Source: a virus
Taxonomy: Duplodnaviria > Caudoviricetes
DNA length: 64,000 nt
Strand: one strand, 5' to 3'
Virus record (IMG/VR): IMGVR_UViG_3300037113_000024
Coordinates: 685 to 64,684 of that record
In this document: piece after piece, positions 45,191 to 54,351 of the stretch
Layout of the letters: each line of letters opens with the position of its first letter
Numbering within the stretch: position 1 is the stretch's first letter
The notes under the pieces: generated by a model
Databases searched by the model: none
What the model was told of the DNA's origin: nothing
What the model saw: only the letters and a program-made list of their open reading frames with translations
Translations under genes and position numbers: made by a program

Positions 45191-47273
45191 CGTTCAACCC
45201 CTTCTCCAACAACGCTACAACCGCGTTCACCGTATCGGCGTCAGCCGCCGCCGTGTTCTTCTGAGCCTGCGAGATATTCTTGAAGGCGTCAGACAGCACC
45301 TTGCGGATCGCCGCCTCAGCCGTGCGCTGCTGCACGTCCTGCTGCTGCTGCGTCGTCTGGCTCTGCTGAGCGATGCGCCGCGTGGCCTCCGTCTCGTCAA
45401 CCATCACGTCATCCATGTCGCGAGCGCGCAGGCGCGCCTTCAACAGCTTCTCGTGGTCGATGTAAACCGCCTCGTCCGGCGTTAGGGACTTCACAAGCTC
45501 GTCCGCCTGCATGCCCCTGATCTCCTTCGCCATGAGCGAAGTGGCCCCACGCGCGATCACGTCGTAGTCGCCATCGGGGGCCAAGTCGGGGTTGAACTTC
45601 CTGTTGAAGTTGACGCACGCCTGGATGATCGACTGCGTGAAGCGGTCGAACGCCCTTATCATGTCTTTGAACGGGAGCGCCGCGTCGCCCCGCAACATGG
45701 ATGCGCCGGCGGCAGTCCGCATGGGTTCCGAAGGCGCGTTCGACATGTCGCCGCCCGTCGCCGGCCCAACGAACGTCTCCATGTCCGCAAACTTCATAAA
45801 CGTATCAATGATCTTGAGCAGGCTGTCGATATGCGCGTCGATCTCCACCTTGCGCACCGCGGGCCACTGGGCGTCCGCGCCCTCGCCTTCCCGATACCAA
45901 ATCTTGTAAGCGCCGATGGCTTCCAAGTCCTGATCCTGCCGCAGCAGGTCGGTGTTGATCTCAAGCTGCGGCCCGCACACCACGCTGGCGTTATCGAGCA
46001 GCATACGTGATGCAGCCGACACCGCCATCTGGCTATCGCGCACAGCGTTGGGCAGGCCGAACCCGATAGCGCTCGTATCGTCCTCGTCAAAGAGGAAGGT
46101 GTGGATCAGGTCCATGTCCACGCCCAGGTCTGCCCAGGCGTTGGTGTCTGCCTTGATCACATTGCCGTCGATCAACCAAATCTCGGCGTCGATCTCGTAG
46201 GCCATCTTGTCAGGGCTCACGGTGCAGCCGCACAGGCTCAACGCCAAGCCGGACACCTTGCCGTGCCAGATAATGATCTCGTACTTCTGCGTCTCGACCT
46301 TCTGCTCGTTGACGTTGGCCTTCACGCCCATGGCGCGAAGCTCGCTCTCGTACCAGTCGGGCCGATAGTTACCAGTGGTGTGCCGGTTGAGGTACTGGTC
46401 GATTTGATCGTCAAAGAAGTTGGGCTTCTTCTTGAGCGCGAGTATCTGGGAGCGGTTCATGACGTGACGGATGAAGTAGCCGTCCATGGCCTTGAACCGC
46501 TTGGCGCTCATGTCCGGGTAGAAGTCCCACACCGGAAGCCACTCGAACATGGGTTTGTAGACGGTGGCGCGCTTGGGCATGGGGACCTGCCCGCTGGTGT
46601 CCCACTTAATGCCCTCGCACTCGCGCACGAACGGACCCCGAAGCACGCCCAGGCCGTAGAGGATACCCGATTGCAGGGCCTTCCTGTTAAGCGCTACGTA
46701 ATCTTCTGTCTGATCGCCACCCAACTCCTGAAGCTGGTCGTCAATCAAGTCCGACAGCTTCTCGGCGCGCTGCTGCGAATAGACCCGGATCGCCGCCATC
46801 ATGTAGTCCATGTCGGGCGGGGTGTTCGGGTCGAAGGCGCCGGCCTTCTTGTCCTTGTCGAGCGCTTGGCTGATCGCCTCCTGAACCTCCTTCAAGGTCA
46901 TGTCGGGGCTCGGCGCGGAACGAAGCTCCCAGTTGCGCTCGTTGCCCTGAAACATGAGGTTCATGATGCGCGAGAGCACGCTTATGCACTTGACCCTGGT
47001 CAGGCGCGGGTACGCGCGCGAGCGCGAGGTGTTCAGCGTCGTCTCGACTTCGGGGTCGTAGACACCCAAATACTGCCGCTGGTTGCGCAGCCACCTGAGT
47101 TCCGCCAGTCGCCTGTCCGAGCGATACTGATTGAAGAGCATGTTGAGGTTCTGGCCCAACTGCTTCAGCGCGTCCTTGTTGATCACCTTGACCGGCGCGT
47201 CGTCGTTCGACGCAATGGTCGTCGCAGGCGGATCAATGGTGGCCTGTGCGTAGGCTACGTTCTGCGCTACCAT
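44997..47273 (-). CDS. Portal protein
   Basis: 758 aa after terminase; ILYGLGVLRGP, WDFYPD, GFGLP, RTAAGASML. Confidence 0.88.
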   Translation of the reverse strand: MVAQNVAYAQATIDPPATTIASNDDAPVKVINKDALKQLGQNLNMLFNQYRSDRRLAELRWLRNQRQYLGVYDPEVETTLNTSRSRAYPRLTRVKCISVLSRIMNLMFQGNERNWELRSAPSPDMTLKEVQEAISQALDKDKKAGAFDPNTPPDMDYMMAAIRVYSQQRAEKLSDLIDDQLQELGGDQTEDYVALNRKALQSGILYGLGVLRGPFVRECEGIKWDTSGQVPMPKRATVYKPMFEWLPVWDFYPDMSAKRFKAMDGYFIRHVMNRSQILALKKKPNFFDDQIDQYLNRHTTGNYRPDWYESELRAMGVKANVNEQKVETQKYEIIIWHGKVSGLALSLCGCTVSPDKMAYEIDAEIWLIDGNVIKADTNAWADLGVDMDLIHTFLFDEDDTSAIGFGLPNAVRDSQMAVSAASRMLLDNASVVCGPQLEINTDLLRQDQDLEAIGAYKIWYREGEGADAQWPAVRKVEIDAHIDSLLKIIDTFMKFADMETFVGPATGGDMSNAPSEPMRTAAGASMLRGDAALPFKDMIRAFDRFTQSIIQACVNFNRKFNPDLAPDGDYDVIARGATSLMAKEIRGMQADELVKSLTPDEAVYIDHEKLLKARLRARDMDDVMVDETEATRRIAQQSQTTQQQQDVQQRTAEAAIRKVLSDAFKNISQAQKNTAAADADTVNAVVALLEKGLNVGALNGQGLPGSDGAADSGQLPAGGDGGQGGPPMGDPSVGGGQGAPDLSGGAGSPPVAGGGQGV

Positions 47274-47282
47274 TTATTTCCC

Positions 47283-48788
47283 CTATCGCGCGTGGTAGTT
47301 GGGTGGCTTCCACTGGCGCGGTGGTGACCTGAACCCGCCCTTGGACGAGATACCATACTTTTCTTCGCGGAGCACACCCTTATGGAAGTAGCGGCAGAAG
47401 TACCCGAAAGCGTCCCCTACGTGGGAAAATGGGTTCTTGTCGGGTTGCGATCCCTTGAGGATATCCTTCTTGAGGTCGGCCGTATAGCGCCAGCCGCCTT
47501 TCAGCGCGCGGATCAGGACTGGGCACCCGCGGGGGTCGATCTGGACTGCGCCCGTGCCCTGAATGAGCTTGGATGTGAAGTGCTCTATGGCGTTCAAGCG
47601 AAGTGGGAAGCGGTTATTGCTCTCAACCTCAACTTGGAAATAACGTTTGAATATTTTGACTACCGAGCCTTCGTCAGTTGGGGTTCGGTTGGCCGCGGCC
47701 GGGTCAGGCACGATGATGACTTCCGCGCCGTGAAAGTCCTGACGCAGAACTGGGATCAGACGTTCCTCAATCAGGCGTTGCGCGCCGTAGCCCTCCTGCA
47801 CCAGTTCCCGGTAGATGTTGATCCGCCCGTCATAATCCTCCTGCCCGAGCAGCATCGCACTCCCCGCGATGCCGGGGTCAAGCGATACAATCAGGGGCTT
47901 GTGCTTATTCCACTGTAGTGGCCGCCTCGCGACATGTATCTCTTCACGGAACTGCGGGACCACGGGCTGGCCCGCGATGCTGAAGCCCCACTGGGCTTCG
48001 ATGAACTGCTTCACCCAAGCATCGCTCTTGCCCTTCGCGGCTTGGCTGTAGTAGCCCCTGTTGCCCGGCAAGTTCTCAAGGTTCTCGGCCTGCTCGCTGA
48101 ACCCGCTTGGTTGGTGGAAGTAGATCGCGTTCGGCGTCGAGCCGTAGCGCATGACGTGCTCGGCTTTCCTGCGGTTGAACTCGTCCGCGTCGGCGGTCCA
48201 CTTGAGCATGGCGTCGCCGTGCAGGTAGTCGAACCACCAATTATCCTCGGTGCTCGGGTTGGACGAGCCCCACATGCCCCAGATGGTCACGAGCGTGCCG
48301 TCAGGCTGCTTATACCGGCCCAAACGCGCAGAGAGAGCGTCCACGATGGGCTTCGGGATTTCCACGAACTCGTCCAGGATCGCGAAGTTGATTTCGAGCG
48401 AGAGCACGCGCGCCACGTCGTCGGGCGTATCCAGCGGGCGAAAGAGAACTTCGCACACCACATCGGCGTACTTGAGCGTAAAGATTTTGTCTGTGGCGTT
48501 CCACTTGCCGGCAATGCCGTCTTTGAACCAGTACCCCCAGGACACCAATGTTGTGTCCTTCAACTGGGGCATCGTATTACGAACGACCACCGCGCGCGTG
48601 CGCCTGATCCCGTCCTGGCTCGGGGCCTGCTTCTTCGCCAGATGGATCAGCTTCATAAAGAGCGCGGTCGTCTTGCCCGAGCCAACTGGACCAATGATCC
48701 AGTTGTAGAACAGTTGGCTCGTCTTATGCGACCGTATGAACGACCTTATGGTGAGCGGTGGGGTGTAGTCGATGCTGATCTTCGCCAT
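47283..48788 (-). CDS. terL: Terminase large subunit
   Basis: GPVGSGKT, VVRNTMPQLKDTT, ILDEF, SSNP, SLDPG, PDPAA, SHVGDA. Confidence 0.95.
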   Translation of the reverse strand: MAKISIDYTPPLTIRSFIRSHKTSQLFYNWIIGPVGSGKTTALFMKLIHLAKKQAPSQDGIRRTRAVVVRNTMPQLKDTTLVSWGYWFKDGIAGKWNATDKIFTLKYADVVCEVLFRPLDTPDDVARVLSLEINFAILDEFVEIPKPIVDALSARLGRYKQPDGTLVTIWGMWGSSNPSTEDNWWFDYLHGDAMLKWTADADEFNRRKAEHVMRYGSTPNAIYFHQPSGFSEQAENLENLPGNRGYYSQAAKGKSDAWVKQFIEAQWGFSIAGQPVVPQFREEIHVARRPLQWNKHKPLIVSLDPGIAGSAMLLGQEDYDGRINIYRELVQEGYGAQRLIEERLIPVLRQDFHGAEVIIVPDPAAANRTPTDEGSVVKIFKRYFQVEVESNNRFPLRLNAIEHFTSKLIQGTGAVQIDPRGCPVLIRALKGGWRYTADLKKDILKGSQPDKNPFSHVGDAFGYFCRYFHKGVLREEKYGISSKGGFRSPPRQWKPPNYHAR

Positions 48789-48969
48789 GGCTCACTTTAT
48801 TCGTTGCGCCCTCGCGCGTCGAGAGAGCGTTATCGAATGAGCCTGGGGGCTCATCGTAGAACCTTGTCCTGATCTCATCCAGTATGCCAGCACCCAACCT
48901 ACGCAGGCGCTCCAAGTCCTCGTTCATGCGGGCTTGGTAGGCTTTGTCGCGAGCTTCTTTGGTGGGCAC
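48724..48969 (-). CDS. Hypothetical protein
   Basis: AAAGGAG RBS + GTG. Confidence 0.55.
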   Translation of the reverse strand: MPTKEARDKAYQARMNEDLERLRRLGAGILDEIRTRFYDEPPGSFDNALSTREGATNKVSHGEDQHRLHPTAHHKVVHTVA

Positions 48970-49053
48970 GGTCGGGTTGCTCCTTTAGTCCCAATGTGGG
49001 GTTGACCCCACATCGGATAATCACAGCCGCGTGATTAACTCAAGCGGTATGAT

Positions 49054-49377
49054 TTACACCTTGGTCCTGATGAAATTGCTCAGCTTGGCAATGTCGGCCG
49101 CCAGCGCCTCCACCTCATCGAAGGCCAGGGTGGAGTAGTGGCCGACGTTGTGCACCACGGTGGTGAGCGTGCCCACCTTCGACTTGATCTCAGCGATGGC
49201 GTGGGACGGGTCAAGGATGCGGTGGACGGGGGTGGGGGTGGGCTCGGGCTCGGGCTCGGGCACAGATGCGCTAGGGCTCTGTGTGACCGTGGGCTCGGGC
49301 GCGGGCGTTCGTTGGGTAAAAGAGGCTTCGACCTGATCCGTCGCCTTGGCTGCACTCACAGTACCCTTTGCCATCAC
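49054..49377 (-). CDS. Hypothetical protein
   Basis: AGGAG RBS; coupled to upstream ORF. Confidence 0.65.
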   Translation of the reverse strand: MMAKGTVSAAKATDQVEASFTQRTPAPEPTVTQSPSASVPEPEPEPTPTPVHRILDPSHAIAEIKSKVGTLTTVVHNVGHYSTLAFDEVEALAADIAKLSNFIRTKV

Positions 49378-49835
49378 GCATCTCCTAGGTTAATGTTGAT
49401 CTGGAAGTTGTTGTTGCCACCACCAGCGCCTCCCTTTTGATCGAGGGACGCATCCAGACCAGCAACGCGGGTGGTGTATTTGATCAAGTCTGCCTTGACG
49501 ACAGGTGGCGTGTCCTTGCCGTGGATCAAGGCCCACGTCGTCTTCAGGAGTTCTTCTGCCTGTATCTGGGCCTTGAGCTTGAAGCTCATGCCGTCTTTCT
49601 TCAGCAGGTCTACGTAGCCCACAAGCACACTTTGGAACCCTGGGTCGCTCCTGAGCCGGTCCCACTCCTGCCGGTCGATCCCGTGCGCGGCGCATATGTC
49701 CTTGATCGGGGCGACCTTCAGGGCGACCTCGATGGGGAACGTGGCGGGCCACCCAAGCTCGCTCGGGTCGCTCGGCGTCACATACGCAGGGAAGGGGGTC
49801 AGGGCGTTCATGTGGAGGGAGTATATCGCAGACAC
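49374..49835 (-). CDS. Probable terminase small subunit
   Basis: HTH-like IKDICAAHGIDRQEW, helical core, C-terminal FQININL; upstream of terL. Confidence 0.65.
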   Translation of the reverse strand: MSAIYSLHMNALTPFPAYVTPSDPSELGWPATFPIEVALKVAPIKDICAAHGIDRQEWDRLRSDPGFQSVLVGYVDLLKKDGMSFKLKAQIQAEELLKTTWALIHGKDTPPVVKADLIKYTTRVAGLDASLDQKGGAGGGNNNFQININLGDA

Positions 49836-49970
49836 CCCCCGCTGCGCTAGTGCCCTGTAAGTGGTGGGTAAGGCGCGAGGGATCGAGCAGAGGGTGTCGA
49901 GACGCCCAGGCTTTAGGCCCAGTGAGGGGCGTTCTCCACCCTTACGTCCGTAGCTCGTCCGAGCTTCTAT

Positions 49971-50007
49971 AAAAAGGCCCCTGCCCTCGTGAAAGGGACA
50001 GGGGCCT
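49971..50007 (-). terminator. Rho-independent terminator
   Basis: Minus strand AGGCCCCTGTCCCT-TTCACG-AGGGCAGGGGCC-TTTTT. Confidence 0.75.
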
Positions 50008-50047
50008 GAGCGGTTGGCTTCCCGACCAAGGTGGGCCTACAGGCTCT

Positions 50048-50076
50048 TACATAACTCTCGACCCCTTGCGTGTCAA
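50048..50076 (-). promoter_or_regulatory. Sigma70-type promoter facing the late arm
   Basis: TTGACA-17-TATGTA on the minus strand. Confidence 0.6.
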
Positions 50077-50102
50077 GTATCCCTCCACGAGACACATGGT
50101 TG

Positions 50103-50351
50103 TCATACGCCGGGGCCGGGAAGCGTCTCGATCCGGGGGTCGGTGGGGTCCAAGTCTTGAATGATGAACGTGCGCGTGGTGGTCACGTAGCCCTCCCAGT
50201 GGGGGAGCGGCGGGGCGATCCATTTGCTCTCTTTGTCCCAACGTCCCGGCTGTAGAACCATGGATGTTTCCGTGGCTTTACCCGCATAGGCGTCGCGCGT
50301 GACTACGAGGACGTGGTGGCCGGCGACTTCGACAACGACTTTGGTGGTCAT
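50103..50351 (-). CDS. Small hypothetical protein
   Basis: GAGGG RBS, ATG, own promoter. Confidence 0.65.
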   Translation of the reverse strand: MTTKVVVEVAGHHVLVVTRDAYAGKATETSMVLQPGRWDKESKWIAPPLPHWEGYVTTTRTFIIQDLDPTDPRIETLPGPGV

Positions 50352-50376
50352 GTGTATCCCTCTTTCTTGCTGGCCA

Positions 50377-50405
50377 AGCTTAGTTGCTTTTATCCCCCAT
50401 GTCTA
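50377..50405 (-). promoter_or_regulatory. Sigma70-type promoter
   Basis: TAGACA-17-TAAGCT on the minus strand. Confidence 0.5.
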
Positions 50406-50408
50406 TGA

Positions 50409-50554
50409 CCCTCGTATTTCCCCTCTTATTTCCCCTCTTATTTCCTATACGTGACCACCCTCTTATTTCCTATACGTGACCACCCTCTTATTTCCTATAC
50501 GTGACCACCCTCTTATTTCCTATACGTGACCACCCTCTTATTTCCTATACGTGA
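50409..50554. repeat. Tandem array: two 12-bp partial units plus ~5 x 25-bp CCCTCTTATTTCCTATACGTGACCA
   Basis: Units start at 50433, 50458, 50483, 50508, 50533; partial units at 50409 and 50421. Confidence 0.95.
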
Positions 50555-50733
50555 GGAACATGGTTTTCAAATTTCTGGAAAAAATGTAAGCGCGACTATG
50601 GAACGCCCCGACCGGGCGCGCGAAAAACCCCCTCTACCACCGCACTCCACCCCAAGTAATTCTTTCATGGCACGTAGGGCGCTGCGCCGCCCGCGCTCGA
50701 CCAATCAAGCACGACGCGCGCTCGCACGGCGTT

Positions 50734-50750
50734 TGATACGCGCCGTATCA
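50734..50750. promoter_or_regulatory. Palindromic operator-like site 1 (TGATAC-N5-GTATCA)
   Basis: ttTGATACgcgccGTATCAaa. Confidence 0.85.
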
Positions 50751-50762
50751 AAAGACCATGGT

Positions 50763-50791
50763 TTGACAGTATGGGCGACTTATGCCATTAT
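50763..50791 (+). promoter_or_regulatory. Early sigma70-type promoter
   Basis: TTGACA-17-CATTAT with TG upstream of -10. Confidence 0.65.
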
Positions 50792-50835
50792 TGGGTGGTC
50801 GGAATGAGCCGACAGAGTGTGAAGGAATAGAGATC

Positions 50836-51438
50836 ATGGCCACGAAGCAGACTGATACCGCCACCTTGCTCGCCACGTTCATTGCTAACGTCGCGACGTT
50901 CGCTCTAAGCGTGAAGGCGCTTGGCGCTTCCCTCAAAGCTGTATGGGGCAAGATTGAAGAGGACGTGCTGAAGGAGCAATTCCACGTCACCTATATCGTT
51001 AACAAGTTCGGCGTCACGAAGGAAAAGGCCGTCGAGGCTTATGGCAAGGCTTGGCTCACAAAGGACAATGCCGGCGGGGCTAACGTCATGTCGAAGGCGC
51101 AATTCAATTGGATGCACGCGGCTAAGCAGCAATGGGGCCGGGCGAAGGATGAGGCCGGCGTGACTGTCAAAAACCCTAACAAGGTCGCCGCGAAAAAGAC
51201 GGCCGATGCGGCCGATGTTTCAAAGGTGGTCATGCCGAAAGGCGCGCCCAAAGTGGTAAGCTCCATTGATTTCGCCGCGCTTGCCCTCGCCTACGCTTCT
51301 GTACCTAAGGATGTTTATCTCAACAACAGGACGCATAAGGCTTTCGCCGACAAGCGCGCTGAAGAGGTTTACGCGGCGATTGCTGATCACGTCGATTGCC
51401 TGAAGGCAATCATTGCCAAGTATGAAGAGATGGCTTAA
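50836..51438 (+). CDS. First early protein, Ala/Lys-rich, unknown function
   Basis: AAGGA RBS, ATG 50836. Confidence 0.75.
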   Translation: MATKQTDTATLLATFIANVATFALSVKALGASLKAVWGKIEEDVLKEQFHVTYIVNKFGVTKEKAVEAYGKAWLTKDNAGGANVMSKAQFNWMHAAKQQWGRAKDEAGVTVKNPNKVAAKKTADAADVSKVVMPKGAPKVVSSIDFAALALAYASVPKDVYLNNRTHKAFADKRAEEVYAAIADHVDCLKAIIAKYEEMA

Positions 51439-51460
51439 CCATTGTTCTAGACCATGGGTT

Positions 51461-51477
51461 TGATACGCTTCGTATCA
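51461..51477. promoter_or_regulatory. Operator-like site 2
   Basis: gggttTGATACgcttcGTATCAaaccc (11-bp arms). Confidence 0.85.
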
Positions 51478-51503
51478 AACCCTACTTCAAAGGAGTATAG
51501 AGC

Positions 51504-51590
51504 ATGAATGTACCTCGCATGGCTCCCACGTTTCGCGCCAAGTCAAGGCTTATCTGGCCGATGTGGCTACTAAGGTTCCTGATCGCTTAA
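51504..51590 (+). CDS. 28-aa peptide
   Basis: AAAGGAG RBS; MNVPRMAPTFRAKSRLIWPMWLLRFLIA; followed by terminator. Confidence 0.55.
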   Translation: MNVPRMAPTFRAKSRLIWPMWLLRFLIA

Positions 51591-51609
51591 GCCTTCCCGC
51601 TTATTTCCC

Positions 51610-51641
51610 AGCCCGCCAGCGCAAGCTTGGCGGGCTTTTTC
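51610..51641 (+). terminator. Rho-independent terminator
   Basis: AGCCCGCCAGC-GCAA-GCTTGGCGGGC-TTTTT. Confidence 0.85.
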
Positions 51642-52224
51642 GTTTGTGCTTATTTCACTGACAAACTCTGTACTGCCTTACCTTTGTCCGAAATGTGGCG
51701 AAGCCTCATGGCGAAAATGTGGCAAAAAAAAGTCGTTGATTTAAGGGGTATTTTAATAACCTGCTAACAAAACAAGAACATTGACACATCAACTGTTAAC
51801 ATTACACGAAAGTGAGGATACTCCATAACTAAAAATCCTCAATGTTCTCGTCATGTCCCAGGGCGTGCCACTCTCTACACGCGCCTGGGACGAGCGAAAC
51901 AGTAGTCGTATCAACGTGTTAAAAACGACTTGGCTTACGCACCCACCCAGCTGGGACGAGCAATAACCCAACGATATCAATACCCCATATCATATACTTT
52001 ACTATACTTACCTAGAAAAAGAAAAGAGAGAGAATTTACGCGCGCGCGCGCCGCGTCGCGACACGTGCTCAAACACGCACAAATATTTATCTCTCTTTCC
52101 GGCGATCCAACCAAACAGGGCGAATAGGCACGCCTAACACTCTGACATATAAGAGAATTAACCAGTCCCATCGAACGTGCCAAACTGGCCTTGCCTTCCA
52201 AACCCGCCCACTATACCCTTGATT

Positions 52225-52241
52225 TGATACAGCGAGTATCA
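52225..52241. promoter_or_regulatory. Operator-like site 3
   Basis: tTGATACagcgaGTATCAa just upstream of an RBS. Confidence 0.85.
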
Positions 52242-52258
52242 ATCCCAGGAGACAGAGC

Positions 52259-52771
52259 ATGGCTAAGAGCTACACCCACGCACCCAAAGGCGCGATAATC
52301 TGGACACGCGAGGATCAGGGCTACTTAATGGCGCGCCTCAACATCGCCGTCGTCGTATCAATCATCTACGACCCAGAAAGGCTTCTCCACGGCGCACACA
52401 TCAAGAGCACCAACGTCTACACTCGCACCGATGACGAAGCCGCATCAGAGATCGCGCGCCGTGCGTTCGACACGTCATCCCAGTATCACGCCCTCTGCGC
52501 CAAAGCCCAGGCGTTCTACGAGCAACAAAACTTCTACGGCTACGTCGGCGCATGGGAGGACGGCTGCGGCCACCGCAAAAACAACTATTGGCTCAAGCGC
52601 GCCCTCATGCCCGGCCGCATGCGTGGCCTGACGCAGCCCCGCGACACCTTGGATGCTCTGAAGTCCAAGCCCAAAGCCCAACGCATCAACGCCCAAGTCT
52701 TCATGCGCACAGCTTCATGGGCGCACAAGTACCACGTGCAGCCCATAAAGCCCGTACGAACGAAACAGTAG
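52259..52771 (+). CDS. Hypothetical early protein
   Basis: AGGAG RBS. Confidence 0.75.
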   Translation: MAKSYTHAPKGAIIWTREDQGYLMARLNIAVVVSIIYDPERLLHGAHIKSTNVYTRTDDEAASEIARRAFDTSSQYHALCAKAQAFYEQQNFYGYVGAWEDGCGHRKNNYWLKRALMPGRMRGLTQPRDTLDALKSKPKAQRINAQVFMRTASWAHKYHVQPIKPVRTKQ

Positions 52772-52795
52772 TCACGGGACCACACACCACACAGC

Positions 52796-52824
52796 ATACG
52801 TCAATATACGTCAATATACGTCAA
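52796..52824. repeat. 3 x 10-bp tandem repeat ATACGTCAAT upstream of promoter
   Basis: catacgtcaatatacgtcaatatacgtcaaaa. Confidence 0.85.
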
Positions 52825-52830
52825 AACCAC

Positions 52831-52859
52831 TTGACACCAGTGGTAATACGTGCTATAAT
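52831..52859 (+). promoter_or_regulatory. Consensus sigma70 promoter
   Basis: TTGACA-17-TATAAT with extended TG. Confidence 0.9.
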
Positions 52860-52895
52860 GCACCCTCAATAAGAACAGTGTTTCCCGCAAGAGTT

Positions 52896-52912
52896 TGATA
52901 CGGAGTGTACCA
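52896..52912. promoter_or_regulatory. Operator-like site 4 (spacer contains the RBS)
   Basis: ttTGATACggagtGTACCAaa. Confidence 0.8.
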
Positions 52913-52916
52913 AATC

Positions 52917-53840
52917 ATGGCTATGGTGCTTCAGAACGTGAAAGTGCTTCGCTCGTTCGGCGACTGCGCCGCGTACTACGAGAAAGCCCACCAGTGGCGT
53001 ACCCTCGCGGGACGCGAGGAAGCGTATAGCGAGCGCTCGGGCATCCAGATTGAGCCGGGCTTCAACGCCCACCCGCAAGGCTCGCGGGCGCTCGACCCAC
53101 ACAACCACAAGCGCTACCTCAGCATCCGGCCCATCGAGAACGGTGAGGGCTACGCCTGTCGCTACCGCAACACCGACGTGGTGGTCTGGCGCTCGGGATC
53201 GAACCCGAACACCGAGGGACGAGGTGAGACGGTTACCGTGCGTGGCTACACGTCACGCTCGACCGCGCTCATGGCCGAAAACCTCACGCCTCTCGGGATC
53301 GACTTCAAGATGCACTACGACGACGCCTACTTCGCCTTCGTTAGGGGGCGCGTCTATGGCTTCGACAAAACCATCACGTTCGCGGCGCGCAACGAATGGT
53401 TGCCCGTGGATCACACCTACAAACTCACGTTTATTGACTACGCCTCGCCCTCGCTTCAGAACGCGCTCAACAAAACCCGCTACAAAGACTTCGTGGCTTG
53501 GTTGAACGCGGTCATGTCGTTCGATCAGTTGCCCGTGTCCTACAACAATGGTTCGCCACGCGACATAATCGAGCGCGCCGACGACGAGATCGCAACCCAT
53601 GGTGTGCTCGGTTTGCTACAGGACGTATCAAAGTGGGAGCACCTGAAGAGCTTCCACGGTTGGATAGACCACGAGAACCCAAGGAGCGTGCTGGCTCGCG
53701 CCGACAGGATCAAGCGCGAGATACGCGAGCACATCTACCGCGAGTTCAAGGCTGTTCCCGTGCGCGAGGTGGAGTGGTACGATGCAGACCAGTTCGACCG
53801 CCAGCGCCACCTCCACGAGAAGTATTCGTGGGCGCTTTAA
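52917..53840 (+). CDS. Hypothetical early protein (paralogue of 56031-56873)
   Basis: GGAG RBS; shared motifs with 56031-56873; contains site 5 at 53614-53630. Confidence 0.8.
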   Translation: MAMVLQNVKVLRSFGDCAAYYEKAHQWRTLAGREEAYSERSGIQIEPGFNAHPQGSRALDPHNHKRYLSIRPIENGEGYACRYRNTDVVVWRSGSNPNTEGRGETVTVRGYTSRSTALMAENLTPLGIDFKMHYDDAYFAFVRGRVYGFDKTITFAARNEWLPVDHTYKLTFIDYASPSLQNALNKTRYKDFVAWLNAVMSFDQLPVSYNNGSPRDIIERADDEIATHGVLGLLQDVSKWEHLKSFHGWIDHENPRSVLARADRIKREIREHIYREFKAVPVREVEWYDADQFDRQRHLHEKYSWAL

Positions 53841-53854
53841 CATAGGAGAGAACC

Positions 53855-54283
53855 ATGGCCTACTCGCTCCCTCTCAAACCGCCTGCCCAAAGCGCCGCCG
53901 CCAATCGCGTGCCTGACACCGAGCGTTGGTTGATCACGCCCGACATGTGGAGCGTGGCCGACCACAGGCAAGCCTCGCGCGAGGGCTGGTATATCAACTG
54001 TAGCCCTGACGCCGGGATGACCCGCATCTGCGCATGCGATGCGCCTGTCGGCACGGGCGAAGAGTGGGCGCAAGGCAACGGTTGGTCCCTGCCTACCGCC
54101 CAACCCGTGCTCATGGTTGGCGTATCAGTCAGGTACGACCCACGCGACCCCGAGTGGTCCGCGTTCGTCAGCGACACCCAGGCCGCGGAATGGGTGGTAG
54201 AGCAGATGCACCGAGGTTCTGCGTTTCATGAGCGCGCGTGGCGCGCCGTCGTCAAAGCCCAGATGCAAGGAGCACTCGAATGA
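53855..54283 (+). CDS. Early protein, W-x3-D-x3-A-GW family
   Basis: AGGAG RBS; WSVADHRQASREGWYI...GSAFHERAW. Confidence 0.8.
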   Translation: MAYSLPLKPPAQSAAANRVPDTERWLITPDMWSVADHRQASREGWYINCSPDAGMTRICACDAPVGTGEEWAQGNGWSLPTAQPVLMVGVSVRYDPRDPEWSAFVSDTQAAEWVVEQMHRGSAFHERAWRAVVKAQMQGALE

Positions 54284-54351
54284 GCCACAACCCCCACATA
54301 CTCCAAATAAGTAGTGCACGCACCTTAAACATAAACAGGAGAACCCCCATC

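Noticed and set aside
50409-50554. CRISPR array
   Set aside because: Repeats are contiguous with no unique spacers and there is no cas operon; the 6513 nuclease is an ordinary phage Cas4/RecB-like exonuclease
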